Position numbers and translations under genes: made by a program. A DNA stretch of 63,747 nucleotides, counting the filler, from Intoshia linei (taxonomy: Eukaryota; Animalia; Orthonectida), in assembly GCA_001642005.1 (NCBI GenBank). It is 7 parts of 7 records of this genome, joined end to end, with 100 filler letters (N's around TTAATTAATTAA, not from the genome) between each part and the next. Parts side by side here need not be neighbours in the genome. Positions count along the whole stretch, not along the records: positions 48,074 to 59,750 come from LWCA01001151.1; positions 59,851 to 63,747 come from LWCA01002104.1; 5 more parts are not named here. One strand, given 5' to 3'. The notes beneath the pieces were generated by a model. It was not told the DNA's origin, ran no database searches, and saw only the letters and a program-made list of their open reading frames with translations. This document shows, piece by piece, positions 53,030-63,747 of this stretch. The first letter of the stretch is position 1, and every line of letters starts with the position of its first letter.

Positions 53030-54935
53030 ATATAATTGCGATCCAAAAGAATGGATTCAGCGATTTGAAAACGTATTAGTATTGAAATTACCAGAAGATG
53101 CAAAAATATCTGAGAAAAAAAATGCACTTTACTAAAAATTTTTATTGGCGAAATGGCAGAAAGACGTTTCGAAAATTCCAGAGTTACGGAATCTTATGTC
53201 TCTATGAAAAAGGAAGTTTTATCGTGGCAAAAATTAAATGTTTCCGACAAAACGAGAACAATTCACTACTACCTTCCAAGATCGTAATGAAACAATCGAG
53301 TCATTTATTGATAGGCTCAACAATTTGGCGACTTATTGCAAATTTGTTGATAGACAGGAGAGAATAAGAGACCAATTGGTACGAGGCACTCATAATCGAC
53401 GTGCCGTTGAAGAAATCAAGATGTATGATTATTTATTATTAAATAAGTGCATCAGTGTCTGTTCTCAGTGGGATTCGGTGAAAGATTCTAAGGTACAACG
53501 GAATAGTTATAATTAGGGCAAACTTTTTTTAACGTATAAAATTGTCAAAATATAATCTATCAAAATAAAATTCTAACTTTATTAACCTATAAAAAATATA
53601 TTAAAAATTCAATTTGATCCCTCTTGTTAAAATTTTTTTTTTAAAATAATTTAAAAAATTAAATATTAAGATTTATTATGGTGCAATATTAAATATTTTT
53701 TAACGTTACTAGATAAAAAATTCCTTTGTTTTGTGAGTAATTTCTTCAGCATGCTAAAACTTCTTTCTACACCGTTAGAAGTTGAAGGGCCATTTCTCAA
53801 TTGGCTGTACAATGAAGGAGGTTTGGACTGATCCATAGCTAACATAATCTTTTCGTACAGCATTTTCAATTGTGATGTGATCGATGTATTGTATCTAATA
53901 TTGATATTATATATATTTGCAATTGATAAAAAAATTAAAATTACCGTGCAGCATCAGTTACAAATAAAACAAAATTTTCCCTCTTTATATTCAAAGATTT
54001 GGCAATGTCGTCCACATTATGTAAAACAATTTGACCATTCATGTTTGTATTAATCATTTCACAGTCAAACAGCATTAAATTTTGCGGGTTTTTCAAATTA
54101 CCGACAATTATATTTATATATTTAACATCGTTTAAATCGGTTTCATTAACATCATAAATATTAATTCATCTTTACAACACGATTTTATCCTTTCAATTTC
54201 CTTCAAATATACCTGGTCGATTTTACCACGACAATTGTTTTCAAATGGTAACGATTTGCCCATGTTGGTAAAAAATTTGCTTAAACTTTTTGTTGTTTAA
54301 CTTGTATAAGGGTATGTCTACCGAGGCAAAAAGTTCTACTATGTCAATGACAAAATCAATTTTTAATTTGCAATATTTACGCATTGGAGTAGTATCATTT
54401 AAAGTTAATGATTTGTACAAATACAAACCAGGTTATTTTAAGATTTATTTTGGATACCGGTTCAGATGCTAATTGTATCAATTATAAAGAATATAAATTT
54501 AGTAAGTAACGAAATTTATCCGACAAATAAAATTTTAAAGTCGGCTTAAAGTTCAGTTATTCGGTAATTCGGTCTTACTAAGATTGGTGAACATTCAATT
54601 TAATTTGAAGAGAATAGTGTTATCCAATCACCACACTATTTGTTATCGTTTAACCTGAGAGAACAACATGAATCAGCTATTAAAAATTTAGTAGAAACAA
54701 ATATAATTGAACCCAGTAATAGCTCATTTCGTTCTAGTTGTTTCTTTGTAAAAAAAAATGGGTCAAAACGTTTAGTCCAGTACTATCGTAAACTAAATGA
54801 CTGTACAATATGTGATTCATATCCTCCCCCATCTTTGTGTAACTGTATTGACTTTCTGGCAGGTAACAGTGTATTTTCAACTTTGGACCTTACTAGTGGT
54901 TTCTATCAAATTCCGTTGTGTAAAAAGGACCTCGA
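53030..54935 (+). mobile_element. Decayed Gypsy gag-protease-RT remnant
   Basis: Gag-like TIESFIDRLNNLATYCKF...RIRDQLVRG; protease RFILDTGSDANCI (~54440); RT IIEPSNSSFRS...YRKLND...FSTLDLTSGFYQIPL; truncated by a Helitron at ~54945. Confidence 0.85.
53514..54390 (-). mobile_element. Decayed hAT (CGGBP1-like) element inserted in the Gypsy remnant
   Basis: TAGGGCAAAC terminus at 53514; PSTSNGVERSFSMLKKLLTKQRNF (C-terminus) and FASVDIPLYKLNN (N-terminal region). Confidence 0.7.
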
Positions 54936-54944
54936 CATCGTTCT

Positions 54945-56090
54945 AAAAACTTGTTTCAGGTGGAATCATCATTTCACATTACTTTTTACTTTAAAGTGAA
55001 TTATTCCATCTTATTTTTTTGTTAACATTTGCGTAAAGAATTTTAAAAACAATTATTATACCATTTTTTTAATTTATTAGATAGCATGTGTGTATAATAT
55101 TAAAAATAAAAAATAAATAAATAATTATATTTTTTTATTATTTTAATTTACAACTGCAATAATAACAATCAAAATCACATGTAAGTTTTTTCCATATTCT
55201 AGGCTTCGCAAATTTATTATTTTTTTGGTATAAAGAAAAGTATGTAAAAAGGATTAATCGAATTATTCCCGATTGCGAACGGTATATTTGATACGAAGCA
55301 TATCATAGTAACCGTGAAAAAATAAGGATTATTAATATATAATTTTATCTGAGATCAATTTTTCAATGTCAGACAGTGTAATTATAGATAAAATATAACC
55401 GTTAATTATAATTAACGGAATCAGCACTTTATAAACACATTTCAGGTGAATTTTACCAATATTGCAAATAAATATCAAAATATTAATAACAAACTTGTAT
55501 TACATTTAGTAATTCGTTGTTGTAGTTTTAATCTAAATTTAAACAAAATGTTTTGAAAATGAGAATTTCAGATTTAAAAATTATGTAGCAATAAAAAAAA
55601 TTCCGATAGAATGAATTATATATATTTACACTCAAATTTCTTTATTGGAAATGTGAAGACATTCAATGAACATTTTTTTTGTAAAATTGTAGAATAAATA
55701 TTTACATTTTCAATTTTTATTTTAATCGAAATATTTGAATAATATTGGTTGAATATTTTTAAAATTATTTTTCTCAGGGAATGCTTTCATTTCTGAGTTT
55801 AAATGTTGTGTTTATATCAACTGGAATCAGCTCTATCAAAATAATCTTTTTTTGCAATTTTCGAACTGTTAAATATTTCACATTTTTTCTTTTAATAAAA
55901 TATTTCAGAAAAAAAATAAATGAATACTAAAGTGTTTTTTTGACCGTGAAGGCGTCACTTATTTAGATTGAAATTTTTTTTGAGTGTTGACAGGATACAA
56001 CTACCACCTGTAATTTTTTTTTAAATTCTAGAGCTGTTTTTATTAAAAAAAAGGTATTTGTGGTTTTGGCCCTGATGATATATTTTTTTT
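54945..56090 (-). mobile_element. Helitron internal region (long variant)
   Basis: Colinear with 46900-47970 and 57400-57810; both termini missing. Confidence 0.7.
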
Positions 56091-56771
56091 AAAACTCCAG
56101 CGCTACTAAGTAAGCGCTATCTACATGTTAAAAATCTGATTTACATAGAGGTTACTAATATATGTTACATAATTAGCAAAAGTATATACTAATAGCAAAT
56201 TAACCATTAAAATAAATTGTTTTAAGTTTTACAATCTTACTTGAAACAATACCATTGTAAAGTACTTGAAATAATAATTGGAAATATACATTACAATGAA
56301 ACTATATGAATTAATTGTATAATAATTAATGAATATAATAATTATCCTTACATATATATAAAATGCTTTGTTTGCCTGTGTGTGTTGTCTTTATTTCAAT
56401 AACTACCAGTTTAAGAATTTTATAAAGTCCGCATTCCTATTACAGTTTTAAAACAATAATGATTATATTTTTAATAATTATAATTATACAAAATATTTAT
56501 TGTTAAATTAATTGCAATATTTGTATCGTAATTTGTGAATCTAAATCGTTATTAATGACAATTTTATTATAAAAATATTATATTTTACATTAATTAAATT
56601 AACAATACGTGGATACGACAAAGCATTGTAAATTAAATTGATAATAAACTTAATTTAAGTTCTGTAATTAAAGCCAATATATACTCATTTAAATATACTG
56701 TATTTAAGCAATATCGAAATTTTAAATATTTTTAATAATTAATTAGTTTTCAATAATTATATATTTTAAAA

Positions 56772-58473
56772 ATGAATAGAATGTACCCCATTCCTACCTA
56801 TGGAATAACAGCCATAAAATATTATGGTTACATTGCACCATATCAGCTAAATGCTAAACATTTATGGATCGGATTTATGCAATATACTACATCACACGGT
56901 TTGCCGAGTATATACATGGCTAGAGGTATATCCTAATATATAAAGTAATTTAGTTAAAAAGGTTTATCTGTTTATTTATTTGTCTGTCTGTTCCAGTTTA
57001 TTTAAAAAAGTAAAAGGATTCGAGTTTTAAAAATTCTATTTTAATATTTCTATTACCGTTAAAATGTATACCAGTGATAACTAACGTAGGCAATAAAGGT
57101 CACCTAGATGCGTTGTATCTATTGGGAGCTTTAAGGCTATATTATAGGGCAGTGATTCGTAACTTTTTCCCCGCTAGCTACTTTATGACCTTTTTGAAAT
57201 TTTTTGTGGTCCTCGAATAAATAATTTTTGTTCTTTGTCTTCTTGCGACTAGTAACAGGTTAAAAAATTTTATTTTCATAAATTTTCGAACTATAAAATA
57301 AAAACTGTGCCTTTCTAAAAAAAAGTTTAAAAACATGCTACAGGGCAGTGATTCTCAATCTGTGGCACTTTTGAATTTTTTTCAATATTCTTTTGAATAG
57401 ACGTTCAATGCAAATTGTAGGATCAATATTTACATTTTTATTTTAATCAAAATATTTGAAAAATATTGGTTGATAATATATTAAAAAGTATTTTTACCGG
57501 TAATGTGTAGATTACTGGGGTTGAAATTTTGTATTTATATCAATAGGAATAAGGTCTTTCAGAATAATTTGTTTTTTAATTTCGGACCGTTAATTACTTC
57601 ACATTTTTTGTTTTAATAAATTATTTCGGAAAAATAATATATGAGAACTAAAATGCTTTTTTCACTGTAAAGTCGTTTCTTATTCGGATTTAAATTTTTT
57701 GTGTGTGTAAACAGATACAACTGTACTACTTGTAATTTTTTTAAATTCTAGGGCTGTTTTCATAAACAAAAGGGGTAATTTGTGGTTTTGGCACTGAAGA
57801 TATAATTTTTTTAAATTTAAATTTATGACAATGTTTATCATTTTAAAATCCGTATCAGTGTATATATTTATTTAAATTCTCCAACTTGTTTGATTTTCAA
57901 AAAAAGGACAATTGGGGTTTTTGACCCGTAAGATTTAAGTTTGAGAGGTTGAAATTTATTTTGCTAACACTCCCGAAAAAACTGTAATTGAAATATGTAC
58001 TTTATAAAATTCTAAGACTGGTAGTTATTGAAATAAACGGGAACACACAGATACACAAACAAATATTGGGTAGAATATTATATTTGTAAGGATGAATATT
58101 TAATATGATCATCTAGAAAAATTAAAAACCTACCTTTGGATATCTTTATTTGTTGTATCATTTGGAGCATGTATCTACAATACAAAACTAATCACGGAAA
58201 AATATTTCACCTATGATTACAAAGTTAAAATTAAAGTTGAGAGAAAAGGTAGACTAATCTTTCCGGCTGTAACAATATGCAACAATAATAATGTCAAATT
58301 TTCCATGATAAAGGATAATTTTGACTATCAGAGTATTATGAATAATAAAAACGTTCGTAAGAAAAGATTATATTGCTCCAATTGTAAACTATGCAAAACT
58401 ATCTGCACTAATTGTTCTAATGTTAAATGTAATTGTAGAGATGGTTATCGCTGGACATTGTATGGATGCATTT
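56772..58473 (+). CDS. DEG/ENaC (amiloride-sensitive) channel subunit, 5' part
   Basis: Exon 1 56772-56925 with FMQYTTSHGLPSI (HG motif). Exon 2 58117-58473 with TM1 LWISLFVVSFGACIY, KYFTY and LIFPAVTICNNN, then a Cys-rich segment. Confidence 0.9.
57400..58092 (-). mobile_element. Helitron 5' half in DEG/ENaC intron 1
   Basis: Reverse complement of the family 5' region, ending GTAAGGA|T at 58092. Confidence 0.8.
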
Positions 58474-58978
58474 GTAATTATTTAAATCTAAATTTAAACC
58501 AAACCTACTATACTCAAAATCTCTCCCATCCAAAATCAAAAATAGGCCATACATAAAATTTTTCAATGGAAGTGCGTTCTTTAAACATTGTTCAATCATG
58601 ACATTTATATATATAAAATTCCAATCTTTATTAAAAAAAAATATAACATTTAAGTGACAATGTAACGGTTACAATCCTTACTTTTATAAAATAAATAGCA
58701 AGAATGTGTACTTCGTACAAACAACATCCTAGCTCTGCCGAGGGGGACTTGTTTAATTCTACCAAAAAAATACATTCAATAATAAAGATAAATTATCAAA
58801 CATGAAATAAAACTGAAAATGATTGCTTTAATACGTAAAAAACCTTCGTTAAAAATCTATACTTCCAATTGCAGCCAATTATCTTTTGCAAGGTCGTTTT
58901 AATATGATGAATATAATTATATACTAAGATGTATCATTGAACATGTATAAAAGCAGTATTTTAGATTTTATAGAAACA

Positions 58979-59750
58979 CTAGCTTGACTGTTATGTACTA
59001 TGTACAAACAGCACCTACTCTGCCAAGGGAAAAATTTTATTATACCAAAAAAATAAATTCATGTTGAAAATCTAACTTAACCATCCTACTATTCACTATT
59101 ATCAATCATTAAGATCGGTTCCCAAATTTGGTTCAGGTGGAACCATAATATCACATTACTTTTTACTTTAAAGTGAATTATTTTATCTTAAGTTTTTTTA
59201 TTGTTAACATTTGCGTAAAGAATTTTAAAAACAATTGTTATGTCATTTTTTTAATTTATTAGACATAATCCTAACTTATATAAAAGGCGATGCGATTTTT
59301 GTTTGTGTGTCTGTGTGTCCTACTTTATTGAAATAACTAGCACTTTTAAAATTTTTTAAAAACCACATTTCAATTACAGTTTTTTCTGGGACGTATAATA
59401 AGATGAATTTCAACGTCCCAATTTAACATCTTAAGGGTCAAAAACCCTTGTTGTCCCTCTTTTTGAAAAGCAAACGAGTTGGAGAATTTAAAAAATATAT
59501 ACGCTGATGCGGATTATAAAATCATAAACATATCATAAATTTAAATTTAAAAAAATTATATTTTCATAGCCATAACCCCAAATTCCCTTCCTTTTTTTTT
59601 GAAAACAGCTCTAGAATTTAAAAAAATTACAGGTGGTACAGTTGTATCGTTTAACACACACAAAAAATTTAAATCCGAATAAGAAACGACTTTACAGTGA
59701 AAAAAGCATTTTAGTATTCATATATTTTTTTCCGAAATATTTTATTAAAA
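58979..59750. mobile_element. Two adjacent Helitron pieces: minus-strand 3' part (58979-59260) and plus-strand 5' part (59269-59750)
   Basis: CTAG plus hairpin at 58979-59015; A|TCCTAACTTATATAA at 59269. Confidence 0.8.
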
Positions 59751-59850
59751 NNNNNNNNNNNNNNNNNNNNNNNNNNNNNNNNNNNNNNNNNNNNTTAATT
59801 AATTAANNNNNNNNNNNNNNNNNNNNNNNNNNNNNNNNNNNNNNNNNNNN

Positions 59851-60946
59851 TTTTAGTTTTTGTAGAACATTTTTGTATGAAATTTTTAAAATGGCAAGCT
59901 CTTCAACTAAAAATTTTTAAAAATTTTTTTTCTTATCACGATTATCATAAAACTATCACACGAAACTTTATTAGTATTTGGACCTAATTTATAAAATTAT
60001 GGAACACCCCTAGTCTGACCAGACTTATAGATTTTCTTAATACAAATTTATTAGATATGCACATGAGAATCCTCTACATATATACAATTTAATGTCAGGG
60101 TTTATTAGTTTAATTAACACCCCTAATGTACATAGTGTTTTCCCAACAACTAACTAAAATAAAATAAAATTTCACTGACAGTTAGTAGCAGGGATTNTTC
60201 ATCACCTGTGACTTCAAAAATATGTAATATTCGGATTTCGTACAAATATTCGTTAAACATTTTTACATATTCAGCCAAATTGATATCCAAAATTTTAAAA
60301 TTATATAAAGGCTCATATTTTACTACTTTGGTTATAATTAAGAACATTATAAATAACATAATACTTGATTGGAATTAAAAATTGTTAAAAATCTAAAAAA
60401 AGTATTATAAATATATCCATTGTATTACAGATTTTATATTATATTTCAATTTTTTCTTTAAAAGATAAAAATAAACTACACCAAACTGCAATATATGTAT
60501 TTAATTTGTAAATATATGTAAATATTAAATGTAAAGGTGCAAAGTAAAAAAGTAAACATGATAATCCACACAAAATCACTCAAAACATAACTACAAGATC
60601 TAATCGTAACATTTCAGTAAATAAAGTTATATTTTAGTTTTTGTATAACATTTTTGTATGAAATTTTTAAAAATTTTTTTTCTTATCACGATTATCATAA
60701 TACTATCACACGCAACTTTATCAGTATTTGGACCTAATTTATAAAATTATAGAACACCACTAGTCTGACCAGACTTATAGATTTTCTTAATACAAATTTA
60801 TTAGATATGCACATGAGAATCCTCTACATATATACAATTTAATGTCAGGGTTTATTAGTTTAATTAACACCCCTAATGTACATAGTGTTTTCCCAACAAC
60901 TAACTAAAATAAAATAAAATTTCACTGACAGTTAGTAGCAGGGATT
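59851..60946. repeat. ~315-345 bp direct repeat (59851-60196 vs 60633-60946)
   Basis: Near-identical copies differing by a few substitutions and a ~30-bp indel; the first copy abuts a gap and ends at a single n. Confidence 0.85.
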
Positions 60947-63747
60947 ATAAATAATTGATTGCAATCAATTATTTTGTATAAACCAATTAATTGTTTGCTA
61001 AATATTAGTATTTTAATTAATTGAAAAATGAAAAGATAGTTTTCAATTAATTGATTTTTTTTATATAACTGAAAAAATATAAATTGAATTTGTTTATTGA
61101 CGAATGGTTGGATAAAAAAATTAATTAATGAACAAAAAAATGATGTATTTAAGCTATGTGCTTGACTTTCATGTACTTTAAACAAACAGTATTCTAGTAT
61201 TTATTAGAACAATATGACAGTTTTTTAAAAATGATTATGATATTGTTATCAATCTTTAATTAATTGAAATTTTTTATTTTTCATAAAGCAATTGATTGAA
61301 AAATAAAATAATATTTTTCAATTAATAAAAATTAACATTAAAGATCATTTTAATTTCACGTATAAATTTCGAGTATAATAAATTTTACTGGTATTAAAGA
61401 TAGTATCTTGGATAATTTTTTAATTGAAAAAACACCATGAATATCTTTATCTACATATTAATATAAAATATATAAATTATTTTTTTTATACATTAATATA
61501 CATAATTTACATAAATATATATATTATTATACATTTTTATATCTTTGTATTTTACGATGATGAAACCACTGCAAAAAATTGCCAAAGATCATTAGTTTTT
61601 TATTACTTATTAGTCGTCTATTTTTTGCTTCGCTCGTTGTTCTTCTGCATACAATATAAACCATTGTTTTTAAATTTATCATATATTATATCGTAATTAG
61701 TTTTGAAAAATGGTTTTGTAACTTTTATATACGAGTACGAGTACTAATACGAATGGTGGAGAGAATACTGTATTTATTAACTATATAATTACATAAATAC
61801 AATTTTGATAAATAATTAAAAACATGAAGAAATTGTATATCTGAATATATTAACTAAAATTAGATTTATAGATAATAAATGTTAAATAATAAATAAATAG
61901 AAAAAAAAAATGGCTAAAATTAAAATGTGAATAAATAGTCTATCAATAAAAGTGTTTAATATTTTTTCTGCAGGGTGTATTTGTACATTTTTAGATGCAT
62001 TTTTATTTGATAGTTTTTCATTGTGTTTTACTAAACATTTATTTATCAACAATATTCGAGACTTATGTGATTGACTAAAATTTATATGAATTACATCATA
62101 TCCCTTGACGCTAAAAAATGTTAAAGAGAAAATCGAGAGAGGATTTCAGTATAATAGTTTAACTTATTGTCCAATTCACATATGGGATATTTAAAGTGAA
62201 TATATTTAAACTGTATAATATAAAATGAAATATTATAACAATTGACAATCTCTTGACATATAAAAAGTAACAAAATAAAATTTTAGAATTTTAAGAGAAT
62301 AAGATTATCAATAAAGATGTATATTCAATTAGCTGCAAGAAATTATTAATCTAATAAATTATTCGAATCAAAATCAAAATATGTAATGTGTGTTTTGATT
62401 TTTAAAAATTTTTAAATATTTTTTAAATTTAATTGAAAATAATTAAAATAGCTCGCAAAAGTATGCACCCAAAGAGTTGCTGCTTAATAATTATTTAGCA
62501 ATCACTGTATTAACAAATTAGCGTAAATGACTCATCGGAATAGATAATTAAGCATATCAAATAGTTAATTTTAATATGGAAATGCGCATTATATTATTGT
62601 ACAATTTTTCAAGTAGATTTTAAAAATCAATTTTGATTTAGTGAAGATGAAAATGTTTAGTCTGAAATCAAGCCACAATATTTATACTTAATCTTTAACA
62701 TGTCAAGCACCCGTTCATGCACGGGTCGTGTGATGATATTGCTAATATTTGATATATACCAGGAAGTAATTCAATTAAATTATCTAATTATTCAAGGAGA
62801 TTGATTATTGCAAAATTATTATTATTAATACACATAAGCGACTGGAATGGCAATATTCCAATTTTATTGAATTTATATTAAAATTAAAAAAATTTTCATG
62901 TCGATTGTAGATTTTGAATATTTAAGATTCAATTTTATTCGACCCAATAATAGTTTAGCTTTGAGTCTCACTGCAGGTATGATATTTGTTATTAAACTGG
63001 ATTGTACTATATACATTGTGTTTACAAATATTTCATTTTGGTGACTAATGCAAATGTATTGATTGGCAAACCTTTCCATTTTATTATATCTATTTTCGAG
63101 CAAGTATTATGTTGAATATATATACATTTATTAATTTAACAGATTTTCATTTGATTAAAAAGTAAAAAATAATTTTCAAATTTCAACTATAGTTTAATAA
63201 AATAATTTTAATTACATTTATATTATGTAGCACTTATTTTAATATTATTTTTTATTTATATTAATATGAATATATAATTCATTAAAATTTTTCATTCTTA
63301 AATTCATGTATTTGTAGTTTTAAATAATGCGATTAATACATTTTATACCGTTATATCTAAGCACATTAATTAAGCATTAAATTTTTTAGATAATCAATTT
63401 TTTGTATATATTTTAAACAATTTCCAAAATTGATTTTAATTTATAAATTTATTATAATAATATTTTACTCGACATAAATTAGCTCTTAAATCTTGTATAA
63501 GTACGTGTTTCGTAATTTGTATGTCATTTTTTTCAAACATTGATCCTATAACATATTATGAAGTCTCTAAATCAATATTGAATTAATAATAAAACAGTTG
63601 AACAAGATTTAATAACCTCAAATAATGCCATCTTAATGCATACACGTGATAATATTGAGTGGTACGTTAATTTATTTTTAATCCACCGTTACTATGTTGC
63701 AGCCATTTTAACATTTAATTAATATATTTTAATTATTTTTTTAGTTA

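Noticed and set aside
59851-60946. Direct repeat as a tandem gene duplication with hydrophobic ORFs
   Set aside because: It abuts a gap and an n, so it may be uncollapsed haplotypes; I could not build a consistent exon chain or recognise a family.
62709-62730. GC-rich hairpin ACCCGTTCATGCACGGGT like a Helitron terminator
   Set aside because: No CTRR end at the expected distance and no matching 5' end; insufficient support.
62873-63103. 76-aa minus-strand ORF
   Set aside because: No recognisable homology or exon chain; cannot be called from sequence alone.

Overview
Very AT-rich eukaryotic (metazoan) scaffold. It is broken by six artificial 100-nt spacers (N44-TTAATTAATTAA-N44), so synteny across them is uncertain. 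Genes are highly divergent and split by 29-48 nt mini-introns plus a few transposon-inflated introns, so the supplied ORF track misses most exons. Genes I could reconstruct by hand: PTBP-like 4-RRM protein (+), FAM162-like (-), ALYREF/THOC4-like (-), transportin (-), otopetrin (-), ELMO/CED-12 (-), a Sushi/CCP protein followed by seven symmetric 42-48 nt micro-exons (-), the CFAP70 3' end (+), and partial MFSD1, SLC5, OATP/SLCO and DEG/ENaC (all +). Introns and intergenic DNA are full of decayed mobile elements: a non-autonomous Helitron family, many hAT and Tc1/pogo MITEs (some triple-nested), piggyBac, Chapaev/RAG1-like and Gypsy remnants. Mini-introns, extreme divergence and a motile-cilia gene suggest a genome-reduced ciliated animal such as an orthonectid; this is inference only. 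The most interesting candidates are the CCP plus micro-exon-stalk gene, the unusual Helitron end configurations, the frequent GTT splice donors, and a DEG/ENaC with an extra Cys-rich module.
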